From contig OZ316891.1 of the NCBI GenBank assembly GCA_973895155.1, forward strand, positions 15,097,037-15,161,036: a stretch of 64,000 nt of DNA, in the 5' to 3' direction. Shown here piece after piece: positions 42,467 to 53,034 of this stretch. Source of the DNA: Marsupella aquatica (Eukaryota; Plantae; Marchantiophyta). Both the position numbers and the translations under genes were made by a program. Position 1 is the stretch's first letter. Each line of letters opens with the position of its first letter. The notes beneath the pieces are model-generated. The model did no database searches and was not told the DNA's origin. It worked only from the letters and a program-made list of their open reading frames with translations.

Positions 42467-42833
42467 TGTTGGGTATTTACTCTTACGTCTAGGTTAGGTA
42501 TGACGTGGTTGGTACAACAACGTGATTAGGTACAACTATGTGGTTAGGTACAACTATGTGGTTAGGTACAACTAAGTTGCACACTATATCATAAGAGGCA
42601 TGTGTGCTTGGAGAAGTAGAACCAAGGCTCATTGTTATGGAGCCACTTGAGAGATAGGGAGAGCTTACACTGTGGAGACTCGGTATAGCCGACGGGCTTA
42701 GAGTTCAGTAAAGCTCTCTTGTGTGTTCCCGTGGACGTAGCCTCAAGGAGGTGAACCACGTATCTCTTGTGTCGACTATTGTGTGTTGGATGGTTCATGG
42801 GCTTACCGTTGCGATCGTCGTCTATGCTCAACA
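42467..42833 (+). repeat. 5' LTR (367 bp)
   Basis: Direct repeat of 47498-47864 with one mismatch seen by eye (42805 A versus 47836 G). Confidence 0.96.
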
Positions 42834-44164
42834 ATTGGTATCAGAGCATGCTTGGGAGGTGACGTGTGTTCGTGACGGGATTTCATGACGGTTTTTCCAG
42901 CGTTGAGTGTTGGTGGATTTTCCAGAGTTCCATCGCATGGAACTTGGAGTTTATGGGCTCAACGGATAGATCAGGGCAAGAGCTTTCTAACGGTGTGAAG
43001 AAATCGTTGAACGGAGCTCGTGGTGCAGAGAGATCTAAGTTTTCGTCATTCTGGATTTTGTGAAGAAAGTTGGCAATCGACTCGGAGGGAGAAGCGTCAA
43101 GTGTTTTGACTCAACGGAGAGATTGAGGCAAGACGATTGTTTTTGAGTCCGGGATTGGCTCTTTGATGCAAAGAGGAAGGCTAAGCAAAATCAATTACCT
43201 TGTTGGACTTGGTGACGGCACCAAGTGCAATTGATCAACATTCGTTGTTGACAAGGTACCATTTTTTTCTCTTTGAAAAACTGATTCGAAATTGGCTATG
43301 GCAATTGAGAGAAATCTGTCATCTTTACCAATTTTTTTCTCCCTTGTTCTTTCCTCGTTTTGGGTGCTTCTTATATCGATCTTCATCGCCTCGGAGTCTA
43401 GTTTCCAAATCTGAAATCGGATCTTGATTTCGTCAAAACCCGAGTGAGATATCTTGCGTTTGGTGTCGAGGGGTACATTCTGCCGTGTGTATTTTCTGCG
43501 CGCGCGACCAGATTTCGACGACGAAGGGTGGTAGGGGGTTTTGGGGGTTCGAGGACACATGTCAGCCCCTCGATTGTTCTTCCAAAATTCCCACAGGGCC
43601 TGTACAAGGGTCATAGAATATTCCAAAAAAACCAGAGAGCTATTTTTGACCGTCCGACAAAGATTTCATCCGCCGAACGGTAACTTTTTTGGTTATTTTT
43701 CGGCGAGGTCGTAGCCATTGAAGTTGGCAATGCAGCGCACCAATCACATCGCAATTCCGACAACGGGTTGTACTTGGTATTTCGGTTATTCCCTGAGGTG
43801 GTCAAAACGGGGGAGTTTTCCAAGGTTTTACCCACCTCGACCGAAATTTGAATAACTTTTCCGTCAAATTTCAATTTTGATTTCGGTTTTCAGTATTGGA
43901 CTCCTAGCTTTGTGGGCTACGCGGCGGTGTTGAGTTTCGAGTTTTTTGAGAAGTTGTGAAAAATAACATTTTTTGTGACTTTCTCATATGAGTGATTCGG
44001 AGAAGTTTTTCGAAGACGTGGAACTTGAAGCATGAGGATCACCGCGGAGGTTTCAGGGGCAGAGAGAGGAGCAGGAGGAAGAGCACGTGACACCAATACC
44101 ATCACCGGTGCGGCGTGTGGTGGAGGAAGCAGTACTACTACTGGAGCTCACGGTAAAGAAGAAG

Positions 44165-45022
44165 ATGGGGACTTTCAAGCTTGGGGGACCCAAGTATGAA
44201 GTGACAAAGTATGATGGGCGCTCTGACTACTTGCTATGGGAGAAGCAGGTGAAGGGAGTGCTTTATGCGTCAGGGATGGGCCAACTGCTGAGCCCTCGTG
44301 AAGACGATGTTGATGAGAAACAATGGGACCGCATGCAGGAGCAGGGAGTGTGGTGTGTTACACTCTATCTCATGCCTCCCATCATCAAGCAGTTGGGTGC
44401 ACATAAGGATTGCATGTCCTTGTTTGCGGAATTGCAGAGCAAGTATCACCGCAAGGAGTTGTCGAACCGGCTCTACACTTCCTACAAACTGATGAGTTTC
44501 AGGATGAAGGAATCTGGTACGAAGTTGCAAGACCATGTGGATGCTTTCAACGACATGGTCGTTGACTTGGAAAACCTTGGGGAGACTTTGAATGATGAGA
44601 CGAAGGCTCTGCAGCTTCTTAGTTCATTGCCTCCATCTTACCAGTCCCTATCACGAGTGTTGTTGCATCGTGATAGGGATAACATTTCATACAATGACGT
44701 GGTAAGTTCTCTGCTTAGTGATGATCTTCAGCAGAAGATGCACATCACGTCACAGCCTTCATCATTTGGTGCTGCCCTCAATGTTAACCGTGGGAGGAGT
44801 ATGCAGCGACCAACTGGGGACCATAGAACCCAGTTTAGATCTAAATCCAGATCTAAGTCCAAGGGTAAATCCCCTCAGAGGAGGCAGGTGACATGTTGGA
44901 AGTGCAACCAAGTTGGACACTTCAAGCGAAACTGTAAGGGAAAGGTAGCGGAAACTTCATCGGCAAATGTGGCTAGGACTGATGGAGAAGCTGATTTACT
45001 CAATGATGAGTATGTTTTATGA
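44165..45022 (+). CDS. gag: Copia Gag (UBN2-like capsid plus CCHC zinc knuckle), 285 aa
   Basis: KYDGRSDYLLWEKQVK, KLMSFRMKE, DHVDAFND, ALQLLSSLPPSY and zinc knuckle CWKCNQVGHFKRNC; ends at TGA 45020-45022. Confidence 0.9.
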   Translation: MGTFKLGGPKYEVTKYDGRSDYLLWEKQVKGVLYASGMGQLLSPREDDVDEKQWDRMQEQGVWCVTLYLMPPIIKQLGAHKDCMSLFAELQSKYHRKELSNRLYTSYKLMSFRMKESGTKLQDHVDAFNDMVVDLENLGETLNDETKALQLLSSLPPSYQSLSRVLLHRDRDNISYNDVVSSLLSDDLQQKMHITSQPSSFGAALNVNRGRSMQRPTGDHRTQFRSKSRSKSKGKSPQRRQVTCWKCNQVGHFKRNCKGKVAETSSANVARTDGEADLLNDEYVL

Positions 45023-46756
45023 AGCCGGGGGTATGCCCTGTGCACGTCATCTAGGAGAGCAGATGATGTGTGGATTCTTGATTGTGCTTGCTCTTTTCAT
45101 ATTTGTTACATTCGTGAGTTTTTCAGTTCTTACTCTGTTTCAAACGGTTCAGTTCTGATGGGAAATGATCACTCCTGTCAAATTGAGGGAATTGGGTCTG
45201 TGAAGATTCAAATGTTTGATGGCGCTGTGCGCACAGTGTCCGGAGTCAGGTATGTACCTGGCATGCGTAAGAATCTGATTTCACTCGGTGTGTTGGATTC
45301 AAATGGTCATCAATGGAGCGTTATTGATGGTGAACTTCAAGTTAGGTTGGGAGAGACAGTGATTTTGAAGGGGAGTAGACAAAAGAATTTGTATGTGTTA
45401 CAGGGCAATACTGTATGTGGAGAGGCCAATGTAACCAAGTCTCACGAGGAGATGACTCAACTGTGGCATTCACGGCTAGGCCACATGAGTGAGAAGGGTT
45501 TGGCTATCTTACGGAAGAATGGACTCATTTCTGATTTGCAATCTTGTAAATTAGAGTTTTGTGAGCATTGCATTCTTGGAAAGCAGCATCATCGTGCTTT
45601 TGGTATTGGAACTCATCGTTCCAAAGCGGTTCTTGAGTACATACATAGTGACGTGTGGGGTCCATCCCCGACTCCCTCACACTCTGGAAAGTTGTACTAT
45701 GTATCATTTATTGATGATTACTCAAGATTTGTGTGGATTTATTTCATGACGCATAAGTCTGATGTCTTGTCCATTTTTAAGAAGTGGAAGGCCCAGGTGG
45801 AGAATCAGACTGGAAACACGATCAAGTGTTTGGATACAAGGATGAAGAGTCTGAGGTCAGACAACGGCGGGGAGTACACTTCAATGGAATTTGAAGTGTA
45901 CTGTTCAGAACAGGGGATAACTCGCCATCTCACCACAGTTTATACTCCGCAGCAGAATGGTGTCGCTGAGAGGCTCAATCGGACACTGTTGGAGCGGTCA
46001 CGGAGTATGTTGAGCCAATCAGGTTTACCACAAGAATTTTGGGCAGAAGCTGTCAATACCGCAGCTTATTTGGTAAATCTTTCTCCTTCTAGTGCTATCA
46101 ATTTCAAAACGCCGTTTGAGATGCGCTATAAGCGGCAAGCAGACTATCATGGCTTGGTAATTTTTGGAAGTGATGCATATGCTCTCACACCAAAGCAGAA
46201 TAGGACCAAGTTGGATCCTACCTCCAGGAAATGTGTTTTTCTTGGGTACCAGAGTGGTGTGAAAGCCTATAGGCTATGGGATCCTATTGCCTGTAAGCTC
46301 GTTGTCAGTAGGGATGTTTCCTTCAATGAATCCAGATTATTGAAGGAGGGGGAGAATACTCAGGTCTCCCGTACTGACAAAGGAAAATCTCCTATCCCGG
46401 ATCTCGTTGAGGGGGAGATTGGTTATGAGGTGCATGACCGGAGAGAAGGAGTTGCTCCAATTATGGAGCTGGTTCCTGTGCCAAAGGAACCAGAGGAGTT
46501 TGTTGATGCTGGTGAGCAGCAAGTGGATGCTGTTGAGCTTCAAATTGTACCAGCACACGCAGATCAACCAAAGTCATCGGCTAGAAGAACATCTGGTCGC
46601 ACTGTACGCGCTCCACCAAGGTATGGACAGTGGGTTGATTCATCTCAACTGCAAGAGGATGATTTTACAGCTGATGATGAGGGTGATGCGTTAATTTTGG
46701 AAGAAGGAGAACCTTCTTCATTTCATGAGGCAAGTGCTTCAAAGGAGAAGCAGTGA
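45023..46756 (+). CDS. pol: Copia Pol, protease plus integrase only (same frame as gag; truncated at the RT deletion)
   Basis: WILDCACSFH (protease; atypical D-C-A), LWHSRLGH..CEHC, HSDVWGP, FIDDYSR, RSDNGGEY, PQQNGVAERLNRTLLE, KAYRLWDP, ending EPSSFHEASASKEKQ*. Confidence 0.85.
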   Translation, partial: SRGYALCTSSRRADDVWILDCACSFHICYIREFFSSYSVSNGSVLMGNDHSCQIEGIGSVKIQMFDGAVRTVSGVRYVPGMRKNLISLGVLDSNGHQWSVIDGELQVRLGETVILKGSRQKNLYVLQGNTVCGEANVTKSHEEMTQLWHSRLGHMSEKGLAILRKNGLISDLQSCKLEFCEHCILGKQHHRAFGIGTHRSKAVLEYIHSDVWGPSPTPSHSGKLYYVSFIDDYSRFVWIYFMTHKSDVLSIFKKWKAQVENQTGNTIKCLDTRMKSLRSDNGGEYTSMEFEVYCSEQGITRHLTTVYTPQQNGVAERLNRTLLERSRSMLSQSGLPQEFWAEAVNTAAYLVNLSPSSAINFKTPFEMRYKRQADYHGLVIFGSDAYALTPKQNRTKLDPTSRKCVFLGYQSGVKAYRLWDPIACKLVVSRDVSFNESRLLKEGENTQVSRTDKGKSPIPDLVEGEIGYEVHDRREGVAPIMELVPVPKEPEEFVDAGEQQVDAVELQIVPAHADQPKSSARRTSGRTVRAPPRYGQWVDSSQLQEDDFTADDEGDALILEEGEPSSFHEASASKEKQ

Positions 46757-47306
46757 AGTGGATTATCAGGTACTTGAAGGGTACCGTGGATTATGGTCTT
46801 TTATTTGATGCGAATGCAAAGAATGCTAGATCATTGATTGGCTATGTAGATTCTGACTATGGACAAGATTGGACCGAAGGAGATCAACAACAGGATACGT
46901 GTTCACACTTGGCGGTGGATGCATAAGTTGGAGGTCTATTTTGCAGAAGTGTATTGCTCAGTCTACTACAGAAGCGGAGTATGTTGCAGCTGCGGAAGCA
47001 GCAAAGGAAGCGATTTGGTTGGATAGACTTATCACTGAAATGGGATTGCCACAGGGGAATGTGAAGCTCCATTGTGATAGTCAAAGTGCGCTCCACCTTG
47101 CTGTGAACCAGGTGATGGACAGCAGAGTGAAGCACATTGACGTCAGGTACCATTTTATCAGGCAGGCTGTGTCTGATAATTTGTTTGAGCTAGTCAAGAT
47201 TGATGGTAAACTCAACCCGGCTGACGCATTTACCAAAGTGATTCCTTTGGAGAGTTTCTCTAGACACCGTGACGTATTGCAGGTTTTGCAATTGCATCAC
47301 AAGTAG
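46750..47306 (+). pseudogene. Copia RT C-terminal stub and RNase H, frameshifted
   Basis: AVKWIIRYLKGT...GYVDSDYGQD, then a 1-nt shift at about 46869 into LDRRRSTTGYVF..STTEAEYVA..CDSQSAL..RVKHIDVRYHFIR..NPADAFTK. Confidence 0.85.
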
Positions 47307-47497
47307 AGTTTTCTTAAACATTCATTGTAATTACTGATATATGCTCTTCCTCATTCCTATGTATTAGGCTACGGCTTAGTTCTGGTTTGCTCTAGTTAGA
47401 GAGGGAAACCGGTTTGGTTTCTGTCCAGAACTTCCCGCTGAGGGATCATATACATTGGCAGTATTACTCTCCCCTAGACCAGAGTCAAGGGGAAGAT

Positions 47498-47864
47498 TGT
47501 TGGGTATTTACTCTTACGTCTAGGTTAGGTATGACGTGGTTGGTACAACAACGTGATTAGGTACAACTATGTGGTTAGGTACAACTATGTGGTTAGGTAC
47601 AACTAAGTTGCACACTATATCATAAGAGGCATGTGTGCTTGGAGAAGTAGAACCAAGGCTCATTGTTATGGAGCCACTTGAGAGATAGGGAGAGCTTACA
47701 CTGTGGAGACTCGGTATAGCCGACGGGCTTAGAGTTCAGTAAAGCTCTCTTGTGTGTTCCCGTGGACGTAGCCTCAAGGAGGTGAACCACGTATCTCTTG
47801 TGTCGACTATTGTGTGTTGGATGGTTCATGGGCTTGCCGTTGCGATCGTCGTCTATGCTCAACA
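47498..47864 (+). repeat. 3' LTR (367 bp)
   Basis: Direct repeat of 42467-42833, followed by TSD CATTT. Confidence 0.96.
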
Positions 47865-48486
47865 CATTTTATTGGTTCTAAGGGAAGACTTAAGAATTTT
47901 TGTAGAAGAACAATAGGGTCTTTTAAATTCAATTTTGAGACTTATAAGAACATTAGGGTCTTTTTAATCCAATTTTTAGAATATTCCAAGAATATTCCAA
48001 CTTTATAGGGGTTAAAAAATAAAAAAAATTTCTTACATTTTAGGGGGTCCGAGGCCTAAAAACGTCGCAGGCGATGGGGAGGTCCCCATATAGTGAGACC
48101 CCCAAGGTCAGAACGCTGATGCATTCAAGTGAAGCATACTAGGGGATGTTAGTTGGCTTCCAGCTTGAAGTGTACCCAGTTCTTGGAGTGTCATTTTTGA
48201 GCTTTACCTATGGTGCCCTTGTCGCTGCAGACAAACAGGCACCCCATCGGTTGAGATCAGGGTTGAAATCCACAGGTGAGTAACCTTAGTCCCATCTCTT
48301 GGTTAGGAAAACATATACACACTATTATGGATCCCGCTCTTCTGTAGGAATTGTCTCCTTACTAAATAGAATTGGCGGGAATCCCAACGTTAGATTTAAG
48401 AGCTGTATTTTTGTATTGGAAAAAAATCATACCTATGAATACTATCCCCTTACACCTTTTATGTACAATATATTTTTCACACTTAA

Positions 48487-48630
48487 CTTTGTCTTTTGTG
48501 TGTCCTTTGTTCCCTTTAATTCACTTTCTATACTTTGCTTTCTCTTTTGTCTTTTGTGTGTCTTTTGTTCCCTTTAATTCCCTTTAATTCCCTTTCTATA
48601 CTTTGCTTTCTCTTTTGTCTTTTGTGTGTA
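48487..48630. repeat. Pyrimidine-rich tandem repeat, about 60-bp unit
   Basis: TTTGTCTTTTGTGTGTC.TTTGTTCCCTTTAATTC.CTTTCTATACTTTGCTTTCTC, about 2.5 copies. Confidence 0.7.
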
Positions 48631-51220
48631 TCTTTTCCCGTTTGTTCAAAACTAATTAATTAGTCACTATTCGTGGTATTATTATTCATTGACCACTGCA
48701 CGTCAAGACTTAAGTGCAATTTTGTTAGTTTACATTTTCATCCATTTTTCTTTTTTTGTGGGGGGACATCTTCTATGAAAACAATTGATTTTTTTTTCAA
48801 TTTTCCATGATTAAGTTGTTAGCTAGAAATTAAATCCCATCCTAAACCATCTATTCCCATATTTTTGTACAGGTGGACCCTGTAAATTTTTGCTAAAATA
48901 TGTTTGTCCTTCCTCGGTTAGGCCACACCATCTTTAAGGGCAACAACATCTTTTATGCAACTACTTATTTTCCAAGATATCTTTTTATGCAATGACATCT
49001 TATGTCTGATGCGTGGGTGCTGAACACAACCACCATGACTGTATGACTGGGAAGATGTATAGCATGTCTCAACAACTCCCTCATGAAGCTTACATTTTCT
49101 TGCCTCGCCCTGCCATATTTGCTCATTTTGACATATTTTTCTTTTCCCAACATTTTTTTCATCACCTTGACTTTTTGTTCTCATCTTGACCTCTTTTCCT
49201 CATTTTGACATTTTTTCTCTCCTCCACATCATTTTTTCTTCTTGACATCTTTTCCTCATCATTTTCTCATCTCAACATCTTCTCTCACCTTGACATCTTC
49301 TGTGCAATGCACGGGCATGAGGCTTGTGTCGTCATAATGGAACATGGCTTCCCGCCAAAAAGACATTTGGAAACAGACCATGAGAAAGAGTACTCAGGAT
49401 TATAATGTTTGGATAAAATGCTTCGAGACCCACCAAAAGAACCAGTCAGGTTTTCACTTTTTGGGATACCCTCCATGTCAAACCAACAACTTCCATGCAC
49501 CTGTTCATGAATTAAACTGGAGACCCCCAAAATCGAATCTGGTGCGTTAATGCTTTTGGAGATCTCACATAGATTCTTGTAACTACCATCCACCTATTCA
49601 GCCTCGATTGAACTGGGGACCCCCAAATCCAATCTGGCAGTTTAACAAGTGTGAGTCAGATGGGCAACACAGCATAGATCTTCCTTTCTAGATCTATGTG
49701 ACAATGAGGGTTTCTCATCGCATTCGTGATGGTCACACCTCCTGCACCGCCTAAATGGGTTCAGCGATGCTCATGTCAGGGTAATAAAAAAAAGGGTTCT
49801 TAGTATTACTACTTTCTGTTTTCGCCTCGAAGATTCCAAAGAATTCTATTCACTGACTGCCAGTGCACCTTTCTACCTACAATCTGCTCTAGGCTTTCCT
49901 CCCGAACGACTACCATAGTTTTGTGTCTTATATTACACCCTTGATTGATCCATGTTTCAATTTGTAACCATGATCTTTCTCAAGCAAGTCAGAAGCATGT
50001 ACCAATACGGGATTTCCAGCAACTGACGTGACTGCCGATTTTGCAGCGAGTTTCGCAGCAATGCAAGTGCACGCTTGTCTTGCGTTTGTGCTCTGAGTCT
50101 CTGACGGTCGGTGATGACGGAAAGCTGATTACCATTTGGCAAAAATTCTCCATAGGTTCTCTCCTGCGCAGCATGCGACCAGACAGGGGCTGCAGAAAAC
50201 CCTGAGACGAAAAGAGGCCAAAACCAGTTAATGAATAGGCAGCATCTTCGTGAAGGATTGACACTCTATCTGCGTTTTCTGCTAAATAATTATAAAATAT
50301 CTGTCGAGCCTGACAAATAGCCGGGATATTTACAGTTACCATGTCCTGTTCATTGAACTACAAAATATCTTTCATGGTTGAGAAACGGGATCTTTACGGT
50401 CACCGGGACAATTGTCAAAACCTTCACGAGTCATTTGTATAAAATATGGAACTAGGAAGCGTTTTTAATGCTCAGTGGAACAATTAAAACTAGAAGAGGC
50501 CTCATTCTGTGACTCAATGCTGTTCAAGAGTCTCCGACTGTGCTCCGTCCGTCTAGGAGAGTACTGCAAATGCAACCTTAGTGCCACCTCGACGATAAGA
50601 CAGCACAGAATCCCGTGCTGTAGTGAATTTACCGCGCACACGTACTTGCTTTCCTCAAATATCGGCGGCAGATGTTTGTGCCTTCCATGACTCCCACCAG
50701 TGCAAATAGAAGGACAGGCACAAAGTACATCCATTCTGTGATTAATGTCACGTATTGTTGTACTTATATGTGCGATTACAGATACGCGATGTTTGAGGCT
50801 AAGAATTTATCATTTCCTTCGTACCTCGTTAGACAAAGTCAGGTTTCAAGTACTGTACTGTATCACTTCTTACTCGAGACGTCTCGTCTCCAATGGAGGT
50901 ATATGTTTAATCGACCCCCCTTAACCTGTTTTTTTTATTTAATCAACCCTTTATGTTCAGATTTGCCCCAATCGACCCCTTTTGACAATTTCTTTGAAAT
51001 AGTTCTTGGGAAGTCTACAGGGAGACTTTATCAGGGTGAACTCTAGTTTTCTATCATATAAGCCCGTGGTCTCGCCTGTGATATGCCACAATTGTGTCGA
51101 GATAAGAGTCGGCCCAAATCCATGCGTGATAAGATCGAATGACACCAGACACAGTCCCGGGTACTTTTGTGTTTGAAGACAAAACTAATATGGTCTTCAA
51201 ACATTTAGGGTCTCCAGCGG

Positions 51221-51886
51221 AAAACTAACCCTGGCCCGCTTATTGTGATTCAGGAAATGTGCACTGCCTTCTGGAACGAACGCAATGCAACTGTGTTTGA
51301 CCAGACCACCGGGAAGCTCCCGATTAGGGAGATCCTGCACAGGACTGAACAGCATCTTAGCCAAATGCTCAGCTCCAGTAGTTCATTGAAGAAGAGTAGG
51401 CAGATTGAGCGAACCCTGCATGAGCTGAGAGACATCTTTCCTACTGTGGAACATACGGGAATGGGCCAGAACACTGGAACTGATAATTCTTATGAATGAG
51501 TTCTCCGGCAACTGGCTGCTCTTGGTGCATGACCAGGGGCTGAATGTGACTCCTTGGTTGAGCTCCCGTGGGATTAGCTTGGAGGGTCTGAGTAGACATT
51601 TTGATTTCTTTAGCGACAGGCATCTCATGTACCATGAGAAGGACAACATTAGATCTAGGGACACTATTACAGAGTGATTGTTACTAAACTGGAGCGTAGA
51701 CTGGTCTCTAGTGTTGAGTGGCTTGGGGCTATGGTCCCCTGCGGCTGGCTTTGGCCAGTGGATGGGGGGATGGGCTTGGGGCGCCTTTCTCTCCGTGTGT
51801 GTTTGCTCTGTCTTTTCGCCCGGGCGGGTTTTACCTCCGGTGTTAATTGATGGGGCCTGGCCCTCCTTTCCTTCAACAAGAAAAAA
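51221..51886 (+). mobile_element. 5'-truncated LINE (L1-like) 3' end
   Basis: ORF2 C-terminal motif FWNERNATVF (51245-51499), A-rich tail CAACAAGAAAAAA and an 11-bp TSD GTCTCCAGCGG (51210-51220, 51887-51897). Confidence 0.75.
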
Positions 51887-52855
51887 GTCTCCAGCGGGGT
51901 CTCCATTTGTTTGAAATTTAGATGCGGGTTTAGAGATGATAAAACTGGGCTGCTATCTCCATAATGTTCATATATAGTTGCTTTGTTGAGAATATTTATC
52001 AGTGTATTCCACTAAAGACAAATTTATGTTTGGATCTCCCTCACAGAAAATGCTTTGCTAGATTATTTGACACCAATTTGCTTAATCGGCACACTTGTGT
52101 TCAGAAATTATTAAATGTTCTCAAAATGTTTTCAATCTTTATACCGCAAGACCATTATCACATGCAAGCATCCAAACACTTGTAAAATTCTCCAAAATCC
52201 TTGAAGTGTTTGCCGTTTTGAATTTGAGTTGCCTTTGCTTTCATTTCGAGCAAGTGAACTAAGACACTTTGCATTATGTACTCTCAACAAAGTGTATTCA
52301 CTAGAATAAACAAGAGATATCAACAACAATTGATGACAACATTAAATTCTTCTACACTTATAGACTTTCCCATCAGTTATCCCGGCCACATCCTCAATCC
52401 ATGTGCAATTGCGTCTTGTTTTTGGGCACGCTTTATCTTGTAATGATAATATGTCACATTAAAGAATGTCCACTTCAAATAGATCCCCTCTATGCCAAAG
52501 ATGCACAATGACATCAAAATCTTCAACATTTGGTAACTATCCTTACGTGTACATCACACCACTACAATGTCATCCAGATTGCATGCAAACTTTAACGAAA
52601 AGAGACGAAGCTTCCCAATAACCCGTAATACAATAGATTCCCCCAAACCTCACGACCGACAGAAGTAGTCAATAGAATGTGAAACAATGAACATTAGGAC
52701 CAACTTATGTGTGGACAATTCAATAATGAACATCTGAAGACATAACACAAATTGTCTTCACATAATTTTTGAAATCCTCGATCGTTGCCGTCGCAGCGTG
52801 GCCAATCCTAAACCAAGCATTTGACGGTTTGGTCAAGTCGCTCGCACCTACGGAC

Positions 52856-53034
52856 GAGGGATATGCTTAGTAGACCCCTTTCTGGAAAAAGTTTACTTAA
52901 TCAACCCCCTCGATACTTGTCCCCGATCTGGACCGTTGATGGACTTTTCGATCTCAGATCTGGGCCGTTCATAGACCTCAGGGGGTCGATCAAGTAACAA
53001 GTTTCATTTTGGGGGTCGATCAAGCAAAAACCTC
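52856..53034. mobile_element. 179-bp Mutator-type MITE nested in the larger MULE
   Basis: Ends GAGGGATATGCTTAGTAGACCCC and GGGGTCGATCAAGCAAAAACCTC; degenerate 9-bp TSD CCTACGGAC / CCCATGGAC. Confidence 0.6.

Larger units (their letters stand above)
42467..47864 (+). mobile_element. Ty1/Copia LTR retrotransposon, recent insertion, RT-deleted (non-autonomous)
   Basis: TG..CA LTRs at 42467-42833 and 47498-47864; 5-bp TSD CATTT at 42462-42466 and 47865-47869; PBS TGGTATCAGAGC (tRNA-iMet) just after the 5' LTR; PPT AAGGGGAAGAT before the 3' LTR; domain order gag-PR-INT-(RT missing)-RNase H. Confidence 0.97.
42407..48106. mobile_element. About 300-bp TIR element (MITE) with 8-bp TSD, split by the Copia insertion
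   Basis: TIRs CTCGGGGGTCTCACT and AGTGAGACCCCCAAG (14/15 complementary); perfect TSD GTCAGAAC at 42399-42406 and 48107-48114. Confidence 0.8.

Noticed and set aside
42589-42834. Identical 81-aa minus ORFs here and at 47620-47865
   Set aside because: They are a by-product of the duplicated LTR, not a gene pair.
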